A stretch of 64,000 nucleotides of DNA from the human T2T-CHM13v2.0 reference genome, Homo sapiens: contig CP068257.2 of assembly GCA_009914755.4 (NCBI GenBank), positions 35,744,001 to 35,808,000 of the forward strand. Direction: 5' to 3'. Within the stretch, counting starts at the first letter, position 1; each line of letters opens with the position of its first letter. Both the position numbers and the translations under genes were made by a program. The notes beneath the pieces were generated by a model that saw only the letters and a program-made list of their open reading frames with translations, had not been told where the DNA came from and did no database searches. Positions 22,188 to 33,128 of this stretch are shown here, one piece after another.

Positions 22188-23539
22188 GTTGTATCTTAGT
22201 GTAAAACATTTAAACTTCAGTGTCAGGAATCATGGCTTCTGCTTTTGACTATTCTGAATTTGCCTTCCTACTGTAAACATCTAGAAAACTGGACAAAACA
22301 CAGGGAAGAACTGTTTTCAGATATCAGATAATAGGTAGCACAGAACTGTGATCCCTGACAGATGGGAACCAAGTGAGATGAGCCCTGTGATGGCCAGTTT
22401 TCTGCTTGAAGGCACTTTTCACACCTCAGTGCAGGAAGGGGATCCCAGATAAAGCCACGTGGCCCCACTAAGTTGAGAAAACAAAGATTGGAGTTAGGGG
22501 TAACCAAGGGTGGTTGTCATTTGAGGAGCAGAGTTCCAGAGAGGAGGGAGCTATACTGAGAAAGAGTTCTTATACATCTACTTAGTGGTCCCCTTAAATG
22601 TTTGATTGTACATGTATAAGGTGAAGTTTCACAAAAGAACAGTTTCTGGGGGAGCTGTAAGCAGAAAAAATCTCAGAGTTTACAGAGGGCTGAGAATTAT
22701 TTGAGTACCTTGTAACCAGAGTGGAAATGCAGGATTCATTGAGACCCCAGAAGAGTTATGTCTTGGTAGTGGGGCTAAACTAGTCCTGAAGTAAAGACTC
22801 CTAGCTTTGCCTGAAAAAAGCTTAAAAGCAAGCCTTCAAAGAAGCAAACTAATCTGAAACTAATGTAATTGCCTGTTACTACAGTGCCCAACATTCTTTA
22901 AAGGAATATAACAGATCCCAATATTAATCATGTAAAATGTCCAGCATGCAATCAAAGATTACTAAATGTGTAAAGAAGCAGGTTAACATGACTCATAATT
23001 AGGAGATCAAGCAGTTGAAACCTAGAACTCACACAGATGTTAGGGTTGACAGACAAGGATATTAAAACAGTTATTGTATTTCATATGTTCTGAAAGTTTG
23101 GCAGAAACGTGGAAGGTATACAAAAGACCCAGATCAAACTTTTAGCAGCAAAAATTATAATATGTGATATGAAAAATATACTGGGTTGCATTAATGGTAT
23201 TTTAGACATTTAGAAGGAAAGATTAGTGAACTTGAAGACACAGAAGAGAAAACTCAGTCAATAGAAATAGTAATGACAGGTAATAGAATTAGCAGACAAG
23301 GTTGTTAAAGTGGCTGTCATAAAATGCAGGATCAGATTGTGGTTAATGTTGACATCTTGGACGTGAGGTTTGCTTAAGAACAATTGTGACAAGCAGAAGT
23401 TGGCTTCATATATACATCTACATGAAGTTAGAGTAGTTGAAAATCAGTATTTGAGCAGAGCAGGGACTATGGTAGAAGAACTTTATTATGTAGCAGTATG
23501 TTTATCTCTTGCTAAATGACAATATCACCACAGAGTTAG

Positions 23540-24010
23540 TAGCTTAAAATATACACTTCCATTTATTATCTCAGTTTCTGTGGGTCAGATGTCTGAGCAC
23601 AGTTTAGCTGAGTCCACTGCTTTAGGGTCTTAGAAGGCTGTAAAGATGTTGGCTGAGGCTGTGGTCTCATTTGAGACTTAACCACAGAAAGATCTCTTCT
23701 AAGCTCATATGGTTGTTGGCAGGATTCTGTTCTTTGTACGCTGTCAATCAGCAAACATTTGCCATCAGTTTCTTGCCATGTGGTCCTTTCTGACACACCC
23801 ACTTACTTTTGCAAAGCCAGTAAAAGAGTCACCTTGCAAGAGGTGTACATCTTAACGTGTCATAACCATGGACATGCCATGCCATTACCTTTGTTGTATT
23901 CTCTTGCTTAAAAACAAGTCACAGGTACTGCCCACACTCGGGGAATGGTGTGCACAGGATGTGAACACTAGGAGGTGGGTCATGGGAGCCTCCATCAAAG
24001 TTCTCTGAGC
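23540..24010. mobile_element. Old MaLR-type LTR (MLT1-like); orientation uncertain
   Basis: ...tctcagtttctgtgggtcagatgtctgagcacagtttagctgagtccactgctttagggtcttagaaggctg... then ...cacaggtactgcccacactcggggaatggtgtgcacaggatgtgaacactaggaggtgggtcatgggagcctccatc, resembling the MLT1 5' and 3' regions. Confidence 0.4.
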
Positions 24011-24627
24011 TTTTCTTTCTTATCGCTTCATGACTTGTTTCACCGGAATTTTAGAGCTATTAGGCTTTATTGCTTTAAGAAAGCACTTTTAGTATTACCA
24101 TACCATGTTCTTCTAGTTAATGGAGAAATTAGTCTGAAAGATTTTCCCTCTGTTTCTGCTCTTCTTCCCTAAAATTTGCTCTGCAAACCATTCCTCCTTC
24201 AGATGGTATGAAGGAAATAAGCCTGGGGAAAATTACCTTCTTGGAGATTGACAGCTCACATTAGCATATTGTAGGAAACCTTCTTTGCACCCGTTAACAT
24301 AGTTAGGGCAATCTTTATTAAGCTTGCCCTGAGCACTTTATAAACGTACACATACCACTAGCCAGTAAGGTACTGTTTTCATTTAACCTATGATGAAACA
24401 AGCTTAGAGGTGAACTAATTTTCCCATTTTAAATGGGAAGTGGTTGATAGGGTAGGATTCAAACCAGGCCTTAGTTTCCACTCTTAGATTTTATTCTGTA
24501 TTCCTTCTATATTATGGTGAGTTGTATAATTATTTCACTATATATTAATATTAAAAGGTAATACTAATAGAAATAAAGTGCACAATAAATGTAGTGCGCT
24601 TGAATCATCCCAAAACCATCTCTCCAC

Positions 24628-24717
24628 CCCCAACCCCCACCCTGTCCTTTGAAAAATTGTCTTCCACGAAACTGGTCCCCGGTGCCAAAAAGGTCAGAGA
24701 CCGCTGCTGTAGAGCAA
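24628..24717 (+). mobile_element. 3'-terminal fragment of the same MITE-like DNA-transposon family as 32795-33128; CpGs retained
   Basis: ccccaccctgtcctttgaaaaattgtcttccacgaaactggtccccggtgccaaaaaggtcagagaccgctgc is a close match to the 3' end of the 32795-33128 element. Confidence 0.5.
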
Positions 24718-25313
24718 TACTTGTCAGACTTTCTCACGTCGGGGCCTTCATGGACGAAATTGAAGACACCGTTTTGGGTATTCTGAGGGTTTTAGGGGAT
24801 CTTTGCACATCTAAAACATCTGTGGTGCTGTGTGCCACACACAACAGTTGGCAAGCTCTGCCCTATAGGTAATCACTTTTTCCTCAGTTCTTTTAGCTGC
24901 TTCTTCAATTTACCTGTCTATTCTAAACAATGTGCTTGTTTTATCAGGATGCTTTTGGATGCAGCTATTGAACCTGACCCATACTGGCTTAAAATAAGAG
25001 GACTTAACTCACAATTGGAATTCCAGGGACAGGCTCAGGGGCTAATTGATTTGGTAGCACAGTGATGTCTTCAGGGCCCCAGGTTTTCTCATTTCCCCCT
25101 TTAGTCACTGGCAGGCTCTATCCTCAGATTAATCAGATGGTTGCGGCAGTGTCAGGAGTTGGATTCAGATGCAACAGTGCCCATGGGAAGAAGGGAAGAT
25201 TATTTTTCTTGTAGCTGGATAAGAATGTGGTACCTTGGCCTAGGAACACGCCCTGGATTCAGGAAAGACTCACTAGAAAGGGAAATGGGATTACACTTAG
25301 ACCAGTTAGGCTC

Positions 25314-25418
25314 ACTCCTGGCACTGGGCACGCTCTCCTTGAGCACATGTCTAAATGGACGTGGGTCCCTTGGCACTGGGCATGCTTTCCTTGAGCACAT
25401 GCCTAAATGGAGGTGGGT
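25314..25418. repeat. Tandem duplication, about 52-bp unit x2
   Basis: actcctggcactgggcacgctctccttgagcacatgtctaaatggacgtgggt followed directly by cccttggcactgggcatgctttccttgagcacatgcctaaatggaggtgggt. Confidence 0.9.
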
Positions 25419-26426
25419 GTGCAAGTGGGTTCTGAACAAAATTAGCTTCTGTTACAAAGAAAGAAAGGGAATTTGGAGGCCGGGTAGGCAACCCTGTCCC
25501 TATTTTTGTATTTGCCTTAAGATTTAATACATTATTTGTTGATTTTATTTAAGGTCGATGCCTATTTAACATTAAGCCACCTATCACACTTTTTTCTTCC
25601 AGCTCCTGATTATAGTTATATAATCTTTTTTGGTAAAATCAATATTCCATGCTTAATTATGACTAAGTTTTGTTCACCATAAACCAGATTGTGTACTATG
25701 ATTACATTTTCCACCTTGTATAATCTTGTTTTTCTAAGAGTTAGTAATTGTATTTCCATTCGCTTTGTTTTCTAGTACTTGTAAGTTTTCTCATTCTTTT
25801 TAGTAGCCACTCAATGTAGTTTTTGGTATAATAAAAAATATCCGACAGTTGTTTTTGTTCCCTCTTAAGAACCATCTTATAGAGCCTCAATCAAACTGCT
25901 CCTCTATGAAATTCTTGCTCTCTGGACCTAATAGGATCCCTTTTGCATATTTTCCAGCATGGTTGGATCTCCTGTTTCCTGGCTTTCTGGCCATTATCGT
26001 TTCTGTTTTTATCCTTCGTTTTACTGGAGGACATCTTTCAATACTTCCTGAGAAAAGGGTACATGGGAGGCTAATTTTTTGAGATACGGTCAGAAAATAC
26101 CTTTAATCTGCTTTCATTTTTAAAAGTTTTGACTGGGTATAGAAATGGAGTTGGAATGTAATTTTTACTGAGAATTCTGTATATGTGGCTTCATGGCCTT
26201 CTAGCTTCATACAGCAGATACAGTTTGAATTTTGGATTTCGTTAAAAAGAAAACACAACACTATGGAAAAGGTAGAAAATATAATGAGCTCCTTGTACTC
26301 ATCATTCAAATTCAACATGTGTTAACTCATGACCTCTTTATAAATGTCTGTGTTTTTATCTCTCCCTCTTCCCTTCATGACCTCCTTATAAATTTCTGTG
26401 TTTTTATCTGTCCCTCTTCCCTTTGA

Positions 26427-26706
26427 TTTTTTTTTTTTTTTTTTTTTTACTCTTGCCCAGGCTGGAGTGCAGTGGTCATGGCATACAGCAGTTTCGACCT
26501 CCCTGGGCTCAGGTGATGCCACCTCAGCCTCCCAAATAGCTGGGACTATAGGCACATACCACCTTGCCTGACTAATTTTTCTGTATTTTGTAGAGACGGG
26601 GGTCTTGCCATGTTGCCCAGGCTGGTCTCAAAACTCTGGGCTCAAGCAGTCCACCCACCTTGGCTTCTCAAAGTGTTGAGATTACAGGCATGAGCCACCA
26701 GCCTGA
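26427..26706 (-). mobile_element. Alu (antisense)
   Basis: (T)24 actcttgcccaggctggagtgcagtggtcatggcatac...gtgttgagattacaggcatgagccaccagcctga. Confidence 0.9.
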
Positions 26707-26965
26707 CCCTGCCTCTTTTGCATTTGTAAAAGCAAACCTAGATGTATAATTTCACTTTTGAAAATTTTAATGTGTATCTGTAAAAGATAAGGATGCTGTA
26801 GCACCAATTCCTTTGTCATACCTTTAAAAGGTTAACAGTGAGTCTTCCAGTATCCAGTAAGAATTCACATTGCCTTGTTTGCCTCATCAATATTTTTTTT
26901 AACAGTTTATTTTAATCAGGATCTAAGCAAGGACCAGAAATTGCCTTGTTTGACAAATCTTTTGA

Positions 26966-27269
<304 letters not shown>

Positions 27270-27292
27270 AAAAAAGTTTGTACTATATTATT

Positions 27293-27346
27293 TTTTTGAG
27301 GTGGAATCTCATTCACTCTGTTGCCCAGGCTGGAGTGCAGTGGCCA
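27293..27346 (-). mobile_element. Short Alu fragment (antisense)
   Basis: tttttttgaggtggaatctcattcactctgttgcccaggctggagtgcagtggcc. Confidence 0.75.
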
Positions 27347-27380
27347 AAAAAAAGCTTTTAAATTAAAAAAAAAAATTTTT

Positions 27381-27549
<169 letters not shown>

Positions 27550-27565
27550 TAAACAAATACATACT

Positions 27566-27790
27566 GCAGTCTTGACCTCCCTGGGCTCAGGTGATTTTCC
27601 CACCTCAGCCTCCTGAGTAGCTGGGAATATAGGCGTACACCACCATGCCCGACTAATTTTTTAGTATTTTTGGTAGAGGCGGGGTCTCATTGTGTTGCCC
27701 AGGCTGGTCTTGAACTTCTGGGCTCAAGCAGTCTGCCCGCCTTGGCCTCTCAAAGTGCTTGGAATACAGGTGTGAGCTACTGTGCTGCCT
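27566..27790 (-). mobile_element. Partial Alu (antisense)
   Basis: gcagtcttgacctccctgggctcaggtgattttcccacctcagcctcctgagtagctgggaatataggcgtacaccaccatgcccgactaattttttagtatttttggtagaggcggggtctcattgtgttgcccaggctggtcttgaacttctgggctcaagc... Confidence 0.88.
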
Positions 27791-28246
27791 TAAAAGAATA
27801 TTTCTGATTCGAGGTTGGTTGAACTTATGGATATATGGAGGACTGGTTTTTTTTGTTTGTTTTTTGTTTTCCATCATAGCGTTGTCTCAGTTTCCTCTGG
27901 ATTCCTGTTTCTCTGCTTGTTTTGGTTTCTTTCCTTGATGTTGGCAGCTTTCCTCAAATATTTGGCCATCCTTGGGCATGTGGCTTGTATTTAGGAGTAA
28001 GGCATAAAGCTGATGAGAGCTCTTTGCGAGGGTGAGGCTTGTTCGCTGGAGGCTTAGTAGGCGGATTGGTGGACCCATGAATATGAGTATCCCTAAGGTT
28101 TTATGGCAGTGCTCTTGGGTCTCAGGTTGGGGTTGTGAATCCCATGCTGGTGTTCTGCAGGCAGAACTGTGGAAGAAGGGCTGGCATGCACAGTTCTGTC
28201 TAAACACTTTTGCTCACTTCTGTAGTATTTACTTATGTATTTTGTT

Positions 28247-28414
28247 TTTTGTTTTTTTTTTTTTTTAGAGACAGGGTGTTGCTCACTTGCCTGGGATGGA
28301 ATGCAGTGGCACAATCACAACTCACTGCAGCCTGGAACTCCTGGGCTCAAGTGATCCTCCTGCCTCAGCCTCCCAAAGTTCTAGGCTTGCAGTTGTGAGC
28401 CACTGTGCTCAGCC
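28247..28414 (-). mobile_element. Alu-derived element, about 165 bp (internally deleted or monomer-like)
   Basis: (T)n agagacagggtgttgctcacttgcctgggatggaatgcagtggcacaatcacaactcactgcagcctggaactcctgggctcaagtgatcctcctgcctcagcctcccaaagttctaggcttgcagttgtgagccactgtgctcagcc. Confidence 0.8.
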
Positions 28415-28904
28415 TTCACTTTTGTTTTCAGTCCTGTGCCTCAAACCTATTTTCTGTTGTGCTTGATACCTGTCAGTACCAAGTCTCCATATTCACTGGT
28501 CCCCAGAGAATATGTCTTTGATGTCTTTGGAGCTAGGATAGTTGCCATCCTGGATGGGGTTTGGGCCGCAATTTTGGGGTCTTATTACCTTTATTTATTT
28601 TTCTTGACAATAACTGAGAAAACTTGCAGGTATGGTACAAATAGCTTATTTTCTACACCATTTAAACGTTGTTGGCATGAAGTCCATTATTTGAAAACTG
28701 TAGTGCATTTTTCCTACAAACAAGGGCATTCTCTTACATAACAGCAATACAGCCATCAAAGTAGCAGTTTAACATGGAGACATTACTGCTATCTAATCCA
28801 TATGACTCCATTCCGTTTTTGGCAGTTGCCCCCATAGTGTAGTGTTCTTTATGGGGAGAGAATGTTGCCTAGGATCATTTACACATTTTGTCGTTACTGT
28901 TTTT

Positions 28905-29222
<318 letters not shown>

Positions 29223-30738
29223 TAGAACAGTTTCTTACCTGTTCTTTCTTTTGTGATGTTGATATTTTTGAGGAATACAGACCAGTGATTTTAGAGTGTT
29301 ACCCTCAGTGTGCGCCTGGTGTTTCCTCATATTAGATACAGATTAGATGTCTCAGGCAGGAATGATGCTGTTTTGAATTTTGATGAAGTCTAATTATTAA
29401 AAGTTTCTTTTATGGATTGTGCATTTGTTACCAAATTTCAGAACTCTTCCTAGTGCCCTGGTTCTTTGGAGTGGAGAATGGCATTTGGAAACCTATGTCT
29501 GAATGTTAGGTGTGCTTGGTAGTGTTAGTGTGTGGGCGCTCCTCGGCTTTCAGTGGACAGAGCCAGAGAATATGTGCATGTCCTGAGCCTCCTGTTCGTC
29601 CTCTTTCCAGGTTTGGGGATACATGAGCTAGTTTCCTTGGCATCTTCAACTGTAGACACTTATTCTGTGGCTTCCTTTAGTCTCCTAAGCCTGCCACTAC
29701 TGTGCCATCTTCTATCCATTGTCTAAAAACTTCTTTGTCCATCACTGTCTTGTATCTTGTTTTATTATTTTTTAACTACTGATTTTAGGTGAGTTTTATC
29801 TTCAGTGCAGTTTTGTGAGAGAACAGAGGTAAATGTATGGATTATTCAATATGTTGTTTACTTGCTGAAGCTTTAATACTCTTTCAAACCAATTTTTGCC
29901 TTTTATTATTTTTTGCAGTCCTCCTTAACCCCTTGTTTACCTGCTCTGTTCCTGATTGGGCTGTTCTACAGCCTATAATCTTCCACGATTCTCCTTTGTA
30001 TGGAATGAAGACAAATTTATTAAACTATTCAGATTCTCTTGATAACCTAGCCCTAGTTTATCTTTCCGTTTTCTTTTCTGCAGTTCTGCCATCTTCCCTC
30101 TACTTCAGAGCTTACATTTTCCCACTCGTGTTAGGCTCCTCTTCAGCTTTGCCTTTGGAGCATACTGTGCTTTTCTGATAACGTTTTCTATATGGCACAG
30201 AGCCTCTGCCAGGGCATGTAGTAGGTGTGTTCAGTGCATTAAACAAACATACAGATCCTCTAAACTAGTAAAGCCACCCAAGCTTGTTTGTTGCCTGTTA
30301 TCATTTTCCAAATACTGTCATTTAACCCTCAAAGCAACTCTGTAAGCCATTATCCATCTTTCATAAATGATGTTGAGTAAATTGCCCAAGGTTACATAGT
30401 TGTAGTTGTTAACACTGAATTTAACAAATGTTTGTGTGCCTGTATGTGACAGGCTCTTTGAGGTTGTAGAGACAGTTGGGGAATAAAGCTGACAACATAC
30501 CCCTAATGGAAGCAGTGTTAAAATGCTCAATCCAAGTGAGGTTGATTTTGGGGCAAGTCTTCTGTAACCTGACGTACTCATCTCAGATGTCATCTCCTGT
30601 AGTCTTTCCTGACTTTCCTAGAAGGAGGCAGGGGAGAAGTGGAAAGAATAGCTCCATCTTTTGTTCTCATTAGTTCCTTCCTTTCTTATTGTATTATCAT
30701 ATATAGCATTTATAAAATTATTATTTGTATTTGAGGCA

Positions 30739-31060
30739 TGTCTTGGTCTGTTTGTGCTGCTCTAACAAAATACCTTGGACTGAATAATTTATAAAAAATA
30801 GAATTTATTTTTCACAGTTCTGGAGGCTGAGAAGTCCATATCAGGGCACCAGCGGATTCGGTGTTTGCCGAAGGCCTGCTTTCTGCTTCATAGATGATGC
30901 CTCTTGCCGTGTCCTCACATGATGGAAGGGCAGGGCAACTTCCTTTAACCTCTTTTACAAGGACATGAATCCCACAGTTCCCCAAAGGCTCCACCTCTTA
31001 ATACTGTTAGGGCCTAATGTAGAAATTCTGTGGGGAACACCAGTATTCAGACTGGTCATA
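30739..31060 (-). mobile_element. ERVL/MaLR-type solo LTR, first of two that abut
   Basis: tgtcttggtctgtttgtgctgctctaacaaaataccttggactgaataatttataaaaaatagaatttatttttcacagttctggaggctgagaagtccatatcagggcaccagc...ccacctcttaatactgttagggcctaatgtagaaattctgtggggaacaccagtattcagactggtcatag. Confidence 0.6.
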
Positions 31061-31446
31061 GTCTGTGCTGCTGTAACAAAACACAGGTTAGGTAGTTTAC
31101 AGAAAACAAAATAATTTCTTACAGTTCTGGAGGATGGGAAGTCCAAGATAAAAGTGTTGGCAGGATTGATGTCTCGTGAGGATCCAGTCTTTCTGCTTCC
31201 AAGATGGCGTTTCAAACGCTGCACCCTCTTGAGGGGAGAAATGCTGTGTCCTCACAAGGCAGAACGTGAAAGAGCAGAAGAGACCAAACTTCCTCTGTTA
31301 AGCCCTTTTATAATGGCATTAACCAATCTGTGAGGGCAAAGCCCTTATGACCTGAACATCTTCCAAAATCCTCATCTCCCAGCACTGTTATGTTGTGGAT
31401 GAAGTTTTCAACAAATGAATTTTGGGGGACACATTCAGACCATAGT
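31061..31446 (-). mobile_element. ERVL/MaLR-type solo LTR, second of the abutting pair and well diverged from the first
   Basis: tctgtgctgctgtaacaaaacacaggttaggtagtttacagaaaacaaaataatttcttacagttctggaggatgggaagtccaagataaaagtgttggcagg...gaattttgggggacacattcagaccatagta. Confidence 0.6.
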
Positions 31447-31984
31447 AGGGCCTTTGATAGATTGAGCTGTTTTGGTGGGGAGCTGTCTCTTTCTGGTATC
31501 CAGGATGCTTGCCACATGATGTGTAGTCTCAGTAAGTGAGTGCATTGATAAAGAAGTATCCATGATGTGCTTTACCGACAGCAGGTAGCAGTACTCTCTG
31601 TTACTCAAGACTGCCTCTTTGTAAGGGTACAAGTAGTTTCAGAAACTCCACTCTCTGTTTAGTTGGGAGGATGTGCTCTCAAAGAGGTTACCTACAGGCA
31701 CATTTTTACCGGAGTTTAATAAACTGTCTTTTTTCTGGGTACATATAGGTCTCTGGTCTGGAAGATGGGGTCTTGACTCCCCAACCACCAATAGTAACCA
31801 TCTGGTAGGAGTTTTGAATTATTTGTTAAAGAAGTATGCTGATATGAGATGTCACAATGTACAAGCCTCTTTTCAAATCAGGAGATAAATTATTTCAGAA
31901 GAGGTAGAATGTTTATTTTGAAACATTTTACAAACAGGTTTGTTGTAATTCTTTCCTTGTATTTGTTGTCATATAACATGTTGA

Positions 31985-32350
31985 GGTTATCTGTTGCTGC
32001 TTAACAAACCATGGCGAAATTCAGTGGCTTAAAACAATATTCATTTCTTTGTTCACTGTGTTCCAATTTGGGCAGGGCCTGTCTCCATCCCACGTGGCAT
32101 CTGCTGGCACTGGGCAGTCCAAGGTGATGGATTCCCTTCCATGCCTGGTGCCCTGGGCATCTTCCTCCAGGTGGCCTTTCCACCTGGCACACTTGGGCTT
32201 TCTCACAGCTGTGACTGGTTTCCCCACAAGTGCGCAAAGTTGAGGCTGCCAGGCCTTCTTAAGACTTACACCTTGAACTGGCAGTGTCATCTCCACTGGA
32301 TTCTGTAGGCCAGAAGCAAGCCACAGGCCAGCCCAGATTCAGGGGGTTCG
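31985..32350 (-). mobile_element. ERVL/MaLR-type LTR, partial
   Basis: ggttatctgttgctgcttaacaaaccatggcgaaattcagtggcttaaaacaatattcatttctttgttcactgtgttccaatttgggcagggcctgtctccatcccacgtggcatctgctggcactgggcagtccaaggtg... Confidence 0.5.
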
Positions 32351-32538
32351 GGGTGGGGTGGGGATTGTACAAGGTGTGAACACTGGCAAGAGTGGTTTAT
32401 TGGGCCACCAAGGAACACTACCACATGAACCAAGTCTCTTTCTGAAAGGGAAAAAGAAAGATAACTTTTTTATTCTGTTTGTTTTTTATTGTCTAATCCT
32501 ACTGACCGATTCATTTTGTAATGCAGTGGTGTATTTCT

Positions 32539-32639
32539 TTTTTTTTAAACCCTTTTTTTTTTTTCTAATTTTTTTAAATTTTATTATTATTATGCTTTAA
32601 GTTTTAGGGTACATGTGCACAACATGCAGGTTTGTTACC
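32539..32639 (-). mobile_element. Severely 5'-truncated L1 insertion: about 60 bp of the L1 3'-UTR end plus an interrupted poly(A) tail, bounded by a 17-bp TSD (32522-32538 and 32640-32656)
   Basis: ttattattattatgctttaagttttagggtacatgtgcacaacatgcaggtttgttacc is the reverse complement of the canonical L1 3' end (...gtaacaaacctgcacgttgtgcacatgtaccctaaaacttaaagtataataa). The T-rich tail lies on its left, and tgcagtggtgtatttct is repeated exactly on both sides. Confidence 0.8.
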
Positions 32640-32794
32640 TGCAGTGGTGTATTTCTAACTTTTGCTATAACTCCATTCAAATAGCAGTATAAAATTAATA
32701 TAATTTTTCAAATTCAGTTGAACTGTACTCATCTTGATACGGATCATAAATACAGATTTGGGAGTGAAGAAAGTAGAACAATGAATACTTTATG

Positions 32795-33128
32795 GCAGGG
32801 GTCTCCAGCCACTGGGCCGTGGACCGGTACTGGTCTGTGGCCTGTTAGGAATTGGACTGCACCCCATGAGGTGAGCTTTGGGCAAGCGATCATTTCTGCC
32901 TGAGCTCTGCCTCCTGTCAGATCAGTGGCGGCATTTGATTCTCATAGGAGCGCGAACCCTGTTGTGAACTGCACATGTGAGGGATCTAGGTTGCATGCTC
33001 CTTATGAGAATCTAACTGATGATCTGAAGTAGAAGAGTTTCATTCTGAAACCATTTCCCACCTCCTCCTGTCCGTGGAAAAATTGTCTTCCACAAAAGTA
33101 GTCCCTGGTGCCAAAAAGGTTATGGGAT
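32795..33128 (+). mobile_element. Non-autonomous DNA transposon (MITE-like, about 335 bp, with imperfect terminal inverted repeats). I recognise it as a common human family but cannot name it
   Basis: gcaggggtctccagccactgggccgtggaccggtactggtctgtggcctgttaggaa...ctgcctcctgtcagatcagtggcggcatttgattctcataggagcgcgaaccctgttgtgaactgcacatgtgagggatctaggttgcatgctccttatgagaatctaactgatgatctgaagtagaagagtttcattctgaaacc...gtccgtggaaaaattgtcttccacaaaagtagtccctggtgccaaaaaggtt. Confidence 0.6.

Noticed and set aside
25141-25527. ORF of 128 aa, the longest outside the CpG island
   Set aside because: Its internal periodicity comes from the 52-bp tandem duplication. No splice signals or codon-usage support it, and it lies in unique intron sequence. 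I treat it as a chance ORF.
32358-32600. 80-aa ORF and the T-rich run at 32520-32580 as a possible regulatory poly-T element
   Set aside because: The T-run is the poly(A) tail, on the minus strand, of the 5'-truncated L1 insertion, and the 17-bp TSD brackets it. The ORF merely reads through homopolymers.
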